A stretch of DNA of 64,000 nt from Octopus vulgaris (Eukaryota). The notes under the pieces were generated by a model, which was given only the letters and a program-made list of their open reading frames with translations, was not told where the DNA came from and made no database searches. Numbering within the stretch: position 1 is the stretch's first letter; each line of letters opens with the position of its first letter. Positions 39,831-53,405 of the stretch are shown here, in pieces. Location of the stretch: positions 107,384,001 through 107,448,000 of the forward strand of contig OX597818.1 of NCBI GenBank assembly GCA_951406725.2. The letters are read 5' to 3'. Made by a program: the position numbers and the translations under genes.

Positions 39831-40586
39831 GAAGATATGTACATATATCGTCATCATCCTTAATAAAAATTCAGCAGGTGACAAACCTGAATACTTTGTG
39901 TAGTGAATGCCGCAGAAATCCACATAGGTCATAAATTCCCTTACTGCCTCCTGAACAATTTTTAAATCCAAAGTTCAAACACTGGATGAAGTCAATATAA
40001 ATTCAGTCCAGAGTCAGATTATAATGGGAAAAGGCACAAAAATAATGAAGATTTATTTGTAATTAATCACCTACATACATTTTAAATAGGATAGTATACT
40101 TCAAAATGATGGTGTGCAACACTTATGCACAGAATAATCAATTCAACAATTGATCTATCAAATTAAAATACTATCATGAGAGAGCGAGGGGAGGGAGGGA
40201 GGGAGAGAGAAAGACAGATGGAGAGAGGGGGAAAAGGAAGGAGGGAGAGAGAAAGGGAAAGAGAGGGAGGGAGAGAAAACATCACAGAGGATTTCAGCAC
40301 TGTCCTATTCTCATGAAGGCTATAACACTACTGCTCATATTTTAGAATATTTTTAAGGAAGAAAGTAGTAAATTTGTGTCAGCTCATCCCTTCATTTATA
40401 TTTGATTGTTTCAGCAGGTCAAAGGTTAAACTGGCTTCGGATTTATATTCATCAGTTTATCAGATCATGACATAATTGCTATTTAATACATATTTTATCC
40501 AAGCATGCCAGACAAACTGCAGCACTCAGTTCATGACACACCTATATTTTTGCTGTCCAGTTTATATACAAACAGATAGTAAGGTA

Positions 40587-40948
40587 TGGAGACGCAATAG
40601 CCCAGTGGTTAAGGTAGCGGACTCGTGGTCATAGAATCATGGTTTCGATTCCCAGACCGGGCGTTCTGAGTGTTTATTGAGTGAAACCTAAAGCTCCACG
40701 AGGCTCCAGCAGGGGGGGAGGGGCGAACCCTGCTGTACTCTTTCACCACAACTTTCTCTCACTCTTTCTGTTTCTATTGTACCTGTATTTCAAAGGGGGT
40801 CGGCCTTGTCACACTGAATCTCCCTGAGAACTACATTAAGGGTACACATGTCTGTGGAGTGCTCAGCCACTTGCTTGTTAGTTTCCCGATTGGGCTGTTC
40901 TGTTGAAGAGATCAACTGGAATCCTCATCCTCACAACCAATGGAGTGC
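40587..40948 (+). mobile_element. Full-length tRNA-derived SINE (family C) with target-site duplication
   Basis: A box TAGCCCAGTGG, B box GGTTTCGATTCCC; perfect 14 bp flanking repeat CAGATAGTAAGGTA at 40573-40586 and 40949-40962. Confidence 0.88.
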
Positions 40949-43299
40949 CAGATAGTAAGGTACGTTGAAATTAATTTATTCATTAGATAGTTTAATGGGG
41001 TCAAAATAAATTGTAATTTTATCGGTGATGCATCTTAATATATATACACAATGGCTAGCCAGAGACTGGCTGAAGTAATGAAAATTCTCAAAGAAAAATA
41101 TTAGGAAAAATGGTATTCATTATGGCAAATATTCCGTTTTACACAAGAATACTATATATCATATTCCAAATTAAGATGAGATAAATCAGATAAAGCAACT
41201 TTAATAGTAGAAAATATAAAATAAATTCTAAATAAAAGTGACTAAATTAAATCAGAGGCCACTTACTCTGATACTTGTCATTTAATTAGATAATCTTATA
41301 TATAATAAGAAAGTTAATCCTAAGAAACATAAAACAAGTTATTTTAAATTAAAAAATATAGAAATTAAAGATTAAAAATTTTATGTATACTATATAATTA
41401 AAAATTAAAAGATAATTTGAAATAAATTATCTTAAAAAATAATGAAATTATTTAAATATATTTTAAAATCTTAAAATTTAAAAAATTTTACTAATTTAAA
41501 AAATAATTAAAGATACATAAAAAGTGATACTTACAAAGTTAGAATAATTAAAATAATTGAAAGCGATTTGATTGTATATACTAAATTATACTAGCTACAC
41601 TAAATATAACAGATCAAGAAAAAGCAAACCCAACCCATTATATTATTATATTGCATTGATGCTTAATATTTTATTTATTGGGGAAGGTTTTGAAACTTCT
41701 TGTAAATAAATGTATACAGTATAACAATAATTCATCTATTTTGTTTAATTGGTTCCATTTGGAAGTAAGGATATGCTGTGTCTCTTAAAGGCACGAATTA
41801 CACTTTACTTTTATTCCATTGTATGGTAGAATGCTACCTATTAGACTTATCCTTAGATGGTTCTCTATCTCAAAGGTTCACATTCCATCTGCAATCAGCA
41901 TAAATTGTTGAGCTAGGAACATCTTCTATCATCATCATCATCTATATATGATATATTTGACATGCACACATTATCTCTATTTAAATAGGACATTTCTGAT
42001 TCATTCCATATTACTCAAGATGACTTATAATTGTCATTTTACTTCTTCTTATGATTATCAATAACAGTGATATGCCAATTTGTTCCTTTTGTACGTACCT
42101 GGCGAGTATGTCACACTTACTTCAAAGATGAAGTAAGTGGCGACGCAAGAGAGAAGAGAACAGAGAAGAAGTAAGAGAGAAAGAAAGATAGAGAGAAAGA
42201 GAGTGAGAGAGAAAGAGAAAGGCTAAGAGAGAAAGAGAGAGAGTGGGAGAGAGAGAGAGAGAGAGTGAGAGAGAAAGAGAGAAAGTGTATACTGTGTATA
42301 CTTACATTTTGTTTTTATCATTTTCATTATACATAAACTCTCACACTTTATGTCTGTCTTTGTATTATCCTCCTTCATCCTTTGCCCTTGTGGCAAATAA
42401 ATGAAATTATTATCATTATTGTTGCTGTTGTTGTTATTGCTGTTATTTATAGATAATGGATTTTTACTAAAAACTAAGGGTTTACAAACAGATCACAGAT
42501 AGTACAGAAGGATACAATATAATGTGGTGTGTTATAATAACAAAACCAAAGACACTGAAATTTCAGGCAACAAAAATTCCCTTAGAGCAGGCAAACTTCC
42601 AAGGGCCACTTATAGAAACCCCATAAAACTATGGTCACACTGAACACGAGGATAAAGGCTTTCTCTCTACTCTTCAGCCTTAATATACAGACATGTTGCT
42701 GCAGTCACTTTTAGTCAATCCATCCTTGCCACTCACAACCACCTTCTAATACATTTGCCAGAAAGTAGCACTTCCCTCTATTATATGAAGTGGGACTTCC
42801 ATTTAGCAATAGATTTTTCTCTGGTGCTTTACAACTTACCGTAACTAACAGTTTTCTGATATCAATAAAAACGTATCATCAAAATTAATCCTTCAAAGAT
42901 GTTTTGTGTAAACTGTCAGCTAGCCGTTGTAATTATATCAGATTTCTGAATCAGTTTCATGAGCATTCAGTCAAACGAAGACCAGACATCTGCTCACATA
43001 TCTTTGTATGTAATGGTCATAATACTTTCAGAATCTTTATAATTAAAGTTTCATTTATAAATATAGCCTACAGTGGTTACGGGATGTAATGCTAATAGAT
43101 GATATACAAATCTCTGAATAATTACTATTTGGGGAATTTGTGCAGATAAACATATTGTAGATGACATTCCGTTTCAAGCATTGGATAAATGTTACACTGA
43201 CAAAGATTAACATTTTACTAACTAGATTCTGCAAACCAGCAGCAGAGGAACAAGAAGAGAAGTTGTGTTAGTTAATTGCTTTTAATACTGTCACAAATT

Positions 43300-43445
43300 A
43301 AGGTGGCAAGCTTAGCAGCATTTTGTCCATCTTTACAATCTTTTGTGGTCAATAAATTAAGTACCAGTTCAGCAATGAAGTCAATGTAATCAACTTACCC
43401 CCCACCCCTGAACCTGCTGGCCTCGTGCCAAAATTGGAAACCACA
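43300..43445 (+). mobile_element. Internally deleted SINE family B
   Basis: AAGGTGGCAAGCT head, GGTCAATAAATTAAGTACCAG, GGCCTCGTGCCAAAATTGGAAACC tail. Confidence 0.6.
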
Positions 43446-43455
43446 CAAATTACCT

Positions 43456-43687
43456 ATTTCTTTACTACCCACAAGGGGCTAAATACAGAAGAGACAAACA
43501 AGGATAGTCAGACGTATTAAGTCAATTATATTGACCCCAGTGCATAACTGGTACTTAATTCATCGACCTCGAAAGGATGAAAGGCAAAGTCGACCTTGGC
43601 AGAATTTGAACTCAGATTGTAACGGCAGACGAAATACCGCTAAGCATTTCGCCCGGCATGCTAACGTTTCTGCCTGCTTGCTGCCTT
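43456..43687 (-). mobile_element. tRNA-derived SINE family B, full length
   Basis: Minus strand AGGCAGCAAGCAGGCAGAAACGTTAGC head, GAGTTCAAATTC B box, GCCTTTCATCCTTTCGAGGTCGAT central domain. Confidence 0.85.
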
Positions 43688-43999
43688 GCCCCACTACCAT
43701 TGAACTTGCTGACCTCATGCTAAAATTAGAAACCACACAAATTACCAGGATTCAAAGTATCAGAATCTAATTTTGAATTCAGTATATTATTAAATGTGTC
43801 CAGTCTAAAGAGAAGAAGATTCAATGTGAATTAAACTCAGAACAAAACATCAACAACATTTTATATGTAGCCGGGAGTTGTGGCCTTTATAGTCAAAGGA
43901 GGAAAGATAGCGCCAACTATTTTCACAGACCATCCCAGATGGGTGTGATTATTGTTATTTTTGTTCAAATTCACTAAATCAGCCAATATTTGCAGAAAA

Positions 44000-44104
44000 A
44001 TGTGGGACTGAACCCAGAACTATGTGTTTGGGAAGTAAGCTTCTTACCACACAGCCACTCCTGCACTTATATATATATATATATATATATCATGTATATG
44101 TATA

Positions 44105-44137
<33 letters not shown>

Positions 44138-44455
44138 GCATGTATGTTGAACAAATTGACTCAAGCCTAAATTTTCTACTTTTTTTTTTTAAGGTCTGTT
44201 ACTAACACGTTTGGCCCCTTTTTGTTGAACTGTTGATATATGGCTATAAGCAAATCAATACAAGTTGTCATGCTGTGGTGGGGTTAAACACACACACTTA
44301 CACACACACTCACAAACACGCACACACAATGGGCTTTCACACAGTTTCCATCTAGAAAATTCACCCAGAGGTCACTTGTCAGCTCTGAGTGATAGCAGAA
44401 AATTGAACCTAAAACCATATGGTCACAAAGTGAGCTTCTAAACCACACATCCACA
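44000..44455 (-). mobile_element. Two SINE family A fragments
   Basis: GTGGGACTGAACCCAGAAC...CTTACCACACAGCCACTCCTGC (44000-44068) and a diverged copy at 44150-44455. Confidence 0.7.
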
Positions 44456-45812
44456 GATATAAATACATACAAATATACATACATACACAAATGTGTGTGT
44501 GTGTGTGTGTGTGTTCAGAGGTGAATATATATCTATATCAAATAGAAATACAAACAGACCCACCTGTTTCCACCCACAGCTCCAGGATTGCTATACATAC
44601 ATATGTACATACATACAGATACACACATACACACACTCCTATCTATATATACATACAAATCCTCTCCAGTATCTATATACTGTGGAGGTAATGAAGATTA
44701 GCTAAATTAGTGCTTTGAATAAGCAGCAACAAAAACAACCACAACAACTGCTATTTTTTTTTCTAATATTGAAAAAATTTTTATAATATTAAATAATAAT
44801 TTCTAAATTTTTCCATTTTGTTTTTTAAATTTAATTTTTAATTGAAAGCTGGATTAAAGAGAAAAGTTAATAATGCATTAACCCCCCCACCACCACCACC
44901 ACTGATGACGACGACACGATGATGATGATAATGATGATGATGATGACTTTAGCAATAACTATCTCTACAACAACAAGAATAAGGAAAATTAAACAAATTG
45001 AAGTACAACAACAATTACAATAATAAAAATAACAAAGAAGGAAAAAATGTTTAGTGAAAATTGCAGAGTTGATGATAATGGTCAGTTCTACATGGAAAGA
45101 AAGGAAAAGATAAGAATGGGCAAACGAATAATGTAAACAAAAAGTTTTGCAAAGTAATTAAGTCATATATTAAAAAAAAAAGAAAAGTAAAAGCCAAAAG
45201 ACAGACATCATTATAGGGAAATATTCAACAATAACAAAGTTCTTTTGAAAGGTTATCATGGAATATGATGGAAGGTTGAGAGAAAATAATGGCTCCAAAA
45301 TATCAGATATGAAGAAAGTTAAGAAAAAAAATATGTAAGTGGTTTATGAATAATTTTCAAAGAAAGCTGAAGAACAAAAGTAAAATAATCGTAAGGCAAT
45401 ATGAAAGAGAAGGAAAGATATTCTGGAGTAAAAGCATGAGTCTGGCTGTTTTCTGTTTTTTGATATCTTCATGTTTCATTTTTGGTTTATTAATGAAAAA
45501 TGTTGGTTGGGAAATATTTACGTCATAGAAAGATTAAAAGTGAAGAATGCAATTGCGAGAAGAATGGAATTAATCACAATCTTTAAGGTCAGATATTAGA
45601 CTGAATCTTTTGCAAAAGAGTTTTCTTGATAAACCTTGTTGCATATCTTACAAATAATTAGCTTAGTAAACGTAGAAAGTTGTGGTTGATGTATGGCAAC
45701 GAGGGGGTTTCGTTAATGTTTATATGAATAACATTGCAATAAGTAATCAAAAATAATCTATTTTTTTTAAATCGAGCATCAATGATCAAACAACATAGAA
45801 CTAAGCTATGCT

Positions 45813-45998
<186 letters not shown>

Positions 45999-46191
45999 TG
46001 GTAGCAGCACGTTGTTGCATCCCTTGTTTGCTGGTGACTCCCTACTTCTCCTGCTGGATAACACCTCCGCAGCTCTCAGGTGACAGCCCTACAGCCTATG
46101 AGTCTGTTTGGGTGGTCATTGCTGGTGAGGATTTCTTCTGAGGTCAAAGCAGAAACCCTAACCCTCAACCTCTTTTAGTCAGCTTCTATAT

Positions 46192-46446
46192 TAATTAAAT
46201 GCACCCTTTTAAAGCCTAGCCAAGCTTATGGGCCTGGTTTTCCAGTTTCTATGGTATATGTGTTCCCCAGCTGGACGGGACGCCAGTCCATCTCAGCGTT
46301 ACTCATTTTTGCCAGCTGAGTGGACTGGAGCAATGTGAAATGAAGTGTTTTGCTCAAGAAAGCAACGCGTCACCCGGTCCAGGAATCGAAACCACAATCT
46401 TACAATCATGATGCTGACACCCTAACCACTAAGCCACGCACCTCCA
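46192..46446 (-). mobile_element. tRNA-derived SINE (family D) with CORE-like and V-like segments
   Basis: Minus strand A box TGGCTTAGTGG, B box GGTTTCGATTCC, TTCTTGAGCAAAACACTT, GATGGACTGGCGTCCCGTCCAG; imperfect flanking repeat AGCT..TATATTA. Confidence 0.8.
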
Positions 46447-46692
46447 CTAGCTATTATATTACACAGAAGAAATATTAAGTCTATTCTTTGACATGCCACA
46501 CCCCACACAAAACAAATTCTATATCATTTATATATATATACTGGTATCACACACACACACACACACACACACGTGCGAATATACCTTGTCTGCCGGACCA
46601 GTGTGGTAGCATTGTTTGAAAACTATAAAATGCAAGGAATTGCATTGTGACCAGTGATATATAACAATATTTGATAGTCCACTTGGGCAAGA

Positions 46693-46900
46693 CTGTGTTT
46701 GTCTTTCCCTCCCCCACCACTTGACAAACCAGTGTTGGTGTGTTTACGTCCCTGTAACTTGGTGGTTGAGCAGGAGAGACTAACAGGAAAGTGCCAGGCT
46801 TTAATAAAACATAAGAACTGGGGTTGATTTGTTCAACTATAATTCTGCAAGGGAGTGCTCTAGAATGGCCATAGTTTAATGACTGAAAGAAGTGAAGGAC
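46693..46900 (+). mobile_element. SINE family A 3' half
   Basis: GGTGTGTTTACGTCCCTGTAACTT...CTGGGGTTGATTTG...AATGACTGAAA. Confidence 0.7.
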
Positions 46901-46905
46901 AAAAG

Positions 46906-46970
<65 letters not shown>

Positions 46971-47404
46971 CATATACATATGTATGTATGTATGAATGTT
47001 ACACACACACACACACACACACACACAACTGTTAGCCATGGGCAAGCACTTATCTATCGACTGACAAGGGAGGCCGACCTCCCTACAGCAAGCAAGGAGT
47101 GTCAGATCATCGATGATTTTGGTTTGAGTTAATCCTCGCCAGTGACATTTCCTCCATTGCCTAGAGTCAAATGGAACTCGCCTTGTCAGTTTATAGCAAA
47201 CACCATAGGAATCATTTGCTGATTCAGTAAAATGGTAAAGTGAAAACTATGAATTATTAAGGTGGCATCCGCAGTTTAAAAACCAAAAGCTGTTATTTCT
47301 AGCAATGCTGATGCTGACTTGCACCCTTAGTCAATTTAGTGATATTTGTACTTGTACTTTTGGCTTTTAAATTGTGGATGGCCACACCAATAATTTATAT
47401 ATGC

Positions 47405-47445
<41 letters not shown>

Positions 47446-48024
47446 TAATTATTTGAGGGAATATTATTCCTAACTTACAGGGAAAAAATTTTATTTAGAA
47501 ATACTAAATCAAATTTCACAAAATATAATATATATAAAAAATTAGAAAAAAACACCTTTTATCAATTCAAAATGAACAATTAAATTACACCATCTAGAAA
47601 ATTACATATAATAGAAATATTAAATATAAAATAACAATAATATACCGATGATTAAGTAAATTGCAAAATAATAAATAAAACATATATTTGGTAGAATAGA
47701 ATTCGTGGCTATATTTATATATATATATATATATACACTCCTTCCTCTCTTTTGTCAAATCTTTCCATCCTACCCTCCACTTCTCCTGCACTATCTCTGA
47801 CACCTCTCTTTGCTGTTTGTTGGGATTGTATTGTGTGTATATGTGTGTGTATATCTGTGTATGTATGGGTGTGTTTGTGTGAATGTGATTTGTGATTGTC
47901 AGGGTGGAGTGTGTAGGTGTGTGTATGTATGTGTTTACATATGTGTATGTGTGTGTAAGTGTTGGTTATGGTTGCTAGAATCGTATTGCAAGTGTATATA
48001 TATATGTGTGTATATATATATGTA

Positions 48025-48055
<31 letters not shown>

Positions 48056-48059
48056 ATGT

Positions 48060-48586
48060 ATTGCATATGAATGAAGACATTTGCATCAAGAGGTGCCAAT
48101 CTCTATTTGTAGAGGGAACATGCTGAAGGGATGGACCCAGGAAGGCATGAGACAAAGTGGTGAGAAGGATCTGCTGATGCTGGGCATCACAGAGGGGATG
48201 ACAGGAGACCAAGACTCCTGGCAGTTTGCTGAGTTTGAGAAGACATACCAAGCTAAGTATAAGCATGGTTGTCCTTCCAATGCAGGCTTGTCCCCTGCAT
48301 CCCTCCCCAGCTGAGCATCCCTAATCTTGCAGGCTCATGAGTGCTGGTACCACATAAAAGGCATCTGTACTGGTGTGCCTTTAATGTGGCACATTCCATG
48401 CTGGTGCTGTGTAAAAGTGCCCAGTGCCACTCTGTAAAGTGGTTGGTGCAAGGAAGGGCATCCAGTCATAGAAACTATGCTAAGACACACAGGGAGCCTG
48501 GGTTGCTCTTCAGCTGGCCAGCTCTGGTTAAACTGTCCAACCCATGCCAGCATGAAAAGCAGACATTAAATGATGATGATGATGAT
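48060..48586 (+). mobile_element. RTE LINE 3' end
   Basis: LHMNEDICIKRCQSLFVEGTC*RG..., then UTR units, GGAAGGGCATCCAG and (GAT)n. Confidence 0.8.
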
Positions 48587-48934
48587 GGTGGTGGTATGAG
48601 ATGCTTAATATGGTTTCTATCAACCAAATTCACTTTCAAAATATTGGTTAACCTGACACAATTCTAACTGACAGTATCCCAAATTTAGCTGCATTTTGTC
48701 TGTTTTTATGTTCTTAGTTTGAATTCTTCCAAGGTCAGAATCCTGTTGGGGCTGATGAATTTAGTACCAATCAAGCATAGGGGTCAATGTAATAGACAAT
48801 CTCTCAGAGATGCACATATCGTCAGCCATGAAGGGACATGCTCAACTGGTTAAAGGTGAATCAACTGATAAGCAAATCTATGGTATGGAACAGAATATTT
48901 GCTGTAGCTCATCTTTTTTGAGCAGAATATTTGC

Positions 48935-48977
<43 letters not shown>

Positions 48978-49177
48978 GATGGTGGTGATGGTGGCAAAGT
49001 CAATTTTGCTTTTCATCCTTTTCTGGATTGATGAAACAAGCACCAGTTGAGAACCAAGGTCGATGTAATCGTCTAGTCTCCTCCCCCAAAGATGCTAGCC
49101 TTGTGCCAAAAATTATCATCATCATCATCATCATCATCATCATTATTATTATTAATTTTATTATTATTATTATTATT

Positions 49178-49646
49178 GTAAGTACCTTGAGAGAAAAGCT
49201 GGACCTAAGAAGCATCAGTTGTGGTGTGCAAGAGAGACGTTTGCGCTGGTATGGTCATGTGGCGAGAATGGATGCGATCAATGGAAATTGCAGATGTGTT
49301 ACCAGTGCCGGTGGCATGTAAGAGAACCTTCCGTTTCGCGACCGTTGCCAGCACCGCCCCGTTTCGTGTTCGTTGCCAGCCTCGCCTGGCCCTCGTGCCG
49401 GTGGCACATAAAAAACACCATCCGTTCGTGGCCGTTTGCCAGCTCTGGCTGGCACCAGTGCGGGTGGCACGTAAAAAGCACCCACTACACTCACGGAGTG
49501 GTTGGCGTTAGGAAGGGCATCCAGCCGTAGAAACACTGCCAGATTTGACTGGGCCTGATGAAGCCTTCTGGCTTCACAGACCCCAGCAGAACCGTCCAAC
49601 CCATGCTAGCATGGAAAACGGACGCTAAATGATGATGATGATGATG

Positions 49647-49647
<1 letters not shown>
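49178..49647 (+). mobile_element. RTE LINE fragment with internal deletion
   Basis: VSTLREKLDLRSISCGVQERRLRWYGHVARMD (RTE RRLRWxGHV motif) joined directly to a CpG-rich 3' UTR and (GAT)n tail. Confidence 0.9.
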
Positions 49648-49679
<32 letters not shown>

Positions 49680-49747
49680 GGTGGTGTTGGTGGTGGTGGT
49701 GGTGGTGGTGGCAGTGGTGTTGTATAGGTAGCAGTAGTATTTGTAGT

Positions 49748-49785
<38 letters not shown>

Positions 49786-50680
49786 TAGTAGTAGTAGCAG
49801 CAGCAGCAGCAAACATGATGGTGGTTAATCCTGTTTCAAGTGACACAGTAGTCTGTTACACTGTTGCACTATTTCTCTGTTACTCTGTGACCCACACACT
49901 ATATTGTTGTTGTTGTTGTTGTGGTTGTCAGTTCTTCCAACGACATTTGTTAACTTTATGCCTTAACAGCTCTGGAATAAGAGACCCTTTGCTTTAAAAA
50001 AAAACGAATGGTATGGGTTAACAAACAGGAATGGTATCCTTCTGTAAAACAATGCCTCAGTAACTCACCAAGCATAGAGAAGAAATGGATGCGTAAATTA
50101 ACAACTAATTCTTAAAAAGTATCCTCAAAGAAGAATAAAAAAAAACAAAGAACTAGTGTATTTGATCTTTCCTCTCTTCTATTCTGAATGTTGAGAGAGA
50201 AAATGTTGATTAAGCAGTGAAATCTCAGTGGAAAATCAAGAAGAAAATCGAAATTTTATAATTAACCAACACATTGAAATATAGCTTATATTTAAGAGCA
50301 GTTCTAAAAGAGAGCCATTCAATTGATTGGCAACACTCTGCTCACCAATAAGCTTCAAGTACACGCTCACAGTTATGTAATTTCCTCTCTTTGCCTCTAC
50401 TGTGACTACAATGTCCTCTGCTTCTCTAAACTAACAACCTGCACACTCACTCCCCCTCCCCCCCCACCACCCACCAAGTCATCCATTGCTTCTCCTCAAC
50501 GGTTACATTACAATATATCAACTTCCAGATTCTGTTCGAAATATTTGATTTATTCCGATCTTTTGAGAATTATGATTCTCTAAAATTCCTTCACTGTCCA
50601 CATATTTGCACAGATGAATGCCAACCATATCCATCCCACTTGGGAAAGTTAAGGGTTACAGCTTCTCCTGTTTTAGACTA

Positions 50681-51313
50681 GTTTACTTGATTCCCAACCA
50701 TATGATTCCAGGTTCAGTCCCACCACATGGCACTTTGGGCAAATGTCTTCTACTATAATCCCAGGCTAACCAAAGCCTTTTCAGTGGATTTGGTTGATGG
50801 AACTTCAAAGAAGCCCACTATATATATATATATATAGTTAATCCAAACATGAAAACACAACAACGCGAAGACGTGGAACAAATATAGTATTATTGGACTC
50901 TCAGGAAGGAAGGAAAGAAGGAGGGCTTAATGTTTCGAGTGGAGCTCTTCATCAGAAACATAAGAAAAGGAAAGATCCAAAGAAGGGAAGACGGAGGAAA
51001 AAAATCGCCAACGGTACGCACGCGGTCATATGTATATATATATATATATATATACATACACACATGTAGGTATGTATATACACACACATGCACATATATA
51101 CATGATGTCTGCTATTTTGTCTGCGTTTGTCTCACCAACCAGTGTTAGTCTGTTTATATCCCTGAAGATAAGTGATTCAGCAAAGAATCAATGGAACAAG
51201 TGGTTTAAAAAATAAGTGTTGGGGGCCGATTCATTTGATGAAAATTCCTTCAGGTGATGCCCCAGCAAGGCCACAGTCTAATGATTGAAACAATTAAAAG
51301 ATAAAAGATAAAA
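50681..51313 (+). mobile_element. SINE family A, interrupted by family H2 module
   Basis: Head and CORE 50681-50820; 3' half about 51115-51313. Confidence 0.8.
50836..51030 (-). mobile_element. Short repeat family H2 with minimal hammerhead core
   Basis: Minus strand GTTT-CTGATGA-A-GAG-CTCCA-CTC-GAAA-CA-TT-AAGC at 50925-50959; paralog of 38498-38695; flanked by (TA)n. Confidence 0.72.
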
Positions 51314-51419
51314 TGTTATTTGGCATCCAAATATTTTTCCAAATTCTAACCAGATTAAATCAAAGATAGAAATGTACAATAATACAAGATTTAGATAATT
51401 TTAAATATCTCTAAGAAAA

Positions 51420-52200
51420 TTGGAACATTTTGGGTAAATGATGCTTCCTACTATATTGACAATGATGATTCCTTGAGAATGGTCAGAACGTCACTGGATA
51501 CCATTGTGTCTCTCAGTTGAATTTCTATTTTGATGTCACCTGAAATGTATGTCTCTGTAGAAACTTAAATACTCTCCATTTAGGTATAGCCACATGCCTG
51601 GTTCGGGAACACCACCAGACTGTTGGGTGCCTGGAGTACATTCTGCAGCAAGTATTTGCACCAGATCTGAGAGTATGCCAACGAGTTTCCCTCTATCAAA
51701 CTCAAAGTCCTTTCAGAAGGTCATAAATGCTGCCGTTTCCCCTCTGAGTAAAATCTAAAAATGATAAACTTCAGTCTCTGCATCAATTTCAATAAAACGT
51801 AGCAGTTATTTTTTTCTGCATTCTTTATAATCTAATGGTAGAGCTACAGTTCAAGAAATGACTCTTTGAGCTGCCTTCCAGCATTTTTGATATAAAACAT
51901 CTCTCCATTCTTTGTCACAGACTAGGTATGTTGTCTTAGTCCTGTATACACTGCTTAAGCATTTGATAGCTTGCAGTTTTGATTAACCCTACAATTGCAT
52001 TGAAATCCTTGGTGTTATCATGGTTTTTAAGTACTTGAGGCTTGTTCATAATGATACTACCCACACCCTCTGTACAGTCGTAATTAACTTCAATGTTTTT
52101 CTTATTAAATTGGTAAACGTACTCGTGACTGTGCAAAGTGTTTACCATTAATACAGAGAAGTTTCTAGTTATGTTACTTACAACATTCTTATACCTCATA
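51420..52200 (-). mobile_element. Heavily decayed LINE reverse-transcriptase remnant
   Basis: Minus strand AAFMTF*KDFEFDRGKLVGIL resembles RT motif xFxDFxKAFDxVDRxxL. Confidence 0.35.
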
Positions 52201-53167
52201 TGATGTATTAGATATTTTTCTATTTAATTTCATTGACACCTATCAAATATATTTCCATTCTAATTCAATTCTCTCCTGAATTCTGTGAGGAATTTCTGGC
52301 ACTAGTGGTGTGTATACATATATGTCAATGTGAGTGCATGTCTGATTGTGTGTGTGTGTGTGTGTGTGTGCATAAAAGCTTGGGTGTGTTTGTATATCTA
52401 AATCTACATGGATGTAAATATTTGTCTGTGTGTGTGTGTGTACATATGTCAGTATGTCTGAGTGTGTGTTTGCCATTACACCCAGATGTTTTACTTTTCA
52501 TTCTGTAAATATGTTACGTAAAAAAACACTAAACGGATTTATAGATACACGCACACATGTATGCACACATGCAGGCACACACACACAGACACCCCTCAAA
52601 TACAAATGCACAGCTACATAAACTAATAAAGGATCCCTTTTTTGGTCTTTTGACCTGCTAAAGATAGCAGCTATATCTCTATCAAATCAAAACCCAACAA
52701 AGACAACACATCAGGTAACATAATTTAAGAAAGCCATAAAAAAATGGGGAAAAATCATGGCAGGAATGGTTTACTCGGTGAACACGAATATAGCTCTGTG
52801 TGTGTGTGCGTGGGTGGGACAGTCATGGATTTCCATCACTAACAGCACTGTGACCCCTCAACATTTTCCATTGACATGGATTAGACTGCTTCAGAGAGAA
52901 TTTGTTGAGTAGATGAAATTCGTTGATGCCGACCCATTCTTCTGTCTGAAGTCAGATACTTGACTCTGTGCTTCCATAAACTGGATACTGTGAGACATCT
53001 TGTTCATGAGACACATAAACAATGCCACCCCGATTCTCTGTTGGCTAAAGATACATAAATACAAACACTGATGTACACACACACATATGTATTTTACATA
53101 TATGTGGGGGGGGGGGAGGGGGTGTATGTGAGTGTGTATAATTTCGAACAAACAGTAAGTTGTCATT

Positions 53168-53226
53168 ATAGTACTCGGAGTTTCGAATATCGGAGTGAAG
53201 AGCTACGATACATTCTCATCGGCTAT
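53168..53226 (-). ncRNA. Hammerhead ribozyme motif, U4C variant
   Basis: Minus strand ATAG-CCGATGA-GAAT..ATCG...CGATATTC-GAAA-CT-CCG-AG-TA-CTAT. Confidence 0.55.
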
Positions 53227-53405
53227 TTATAGCAACAGACGCTATATAAAACCATTAAATATAAGGGAAGTTACTGTAATATATATATTTTATGTATAAA
53301 TATATATATATTGTGTTTGCGTGTGTGTATGTGTGCAGTATGTGAATGTGCATATGTACATATATATATATATATATATACTTTATTTAAAAGCAGCAAA
53401 AATTC

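Noticed and set aside
40587-40660. tRNA gene (also 46375-46446)
   Set aside because: A and B boxes present but no complete cloverleaf; continues into a SINE body
41150-41620. Extremely AT-rich tract resembling organellar DNA
   Set aside because: No recognisable mitochondrial gene, tRNA or rRNA motif
52891-53050. Minus-strand ORF after an acceptor-like TTTAG
   Set aside because: No donor; more likely part of the decayed RT remnant downstream
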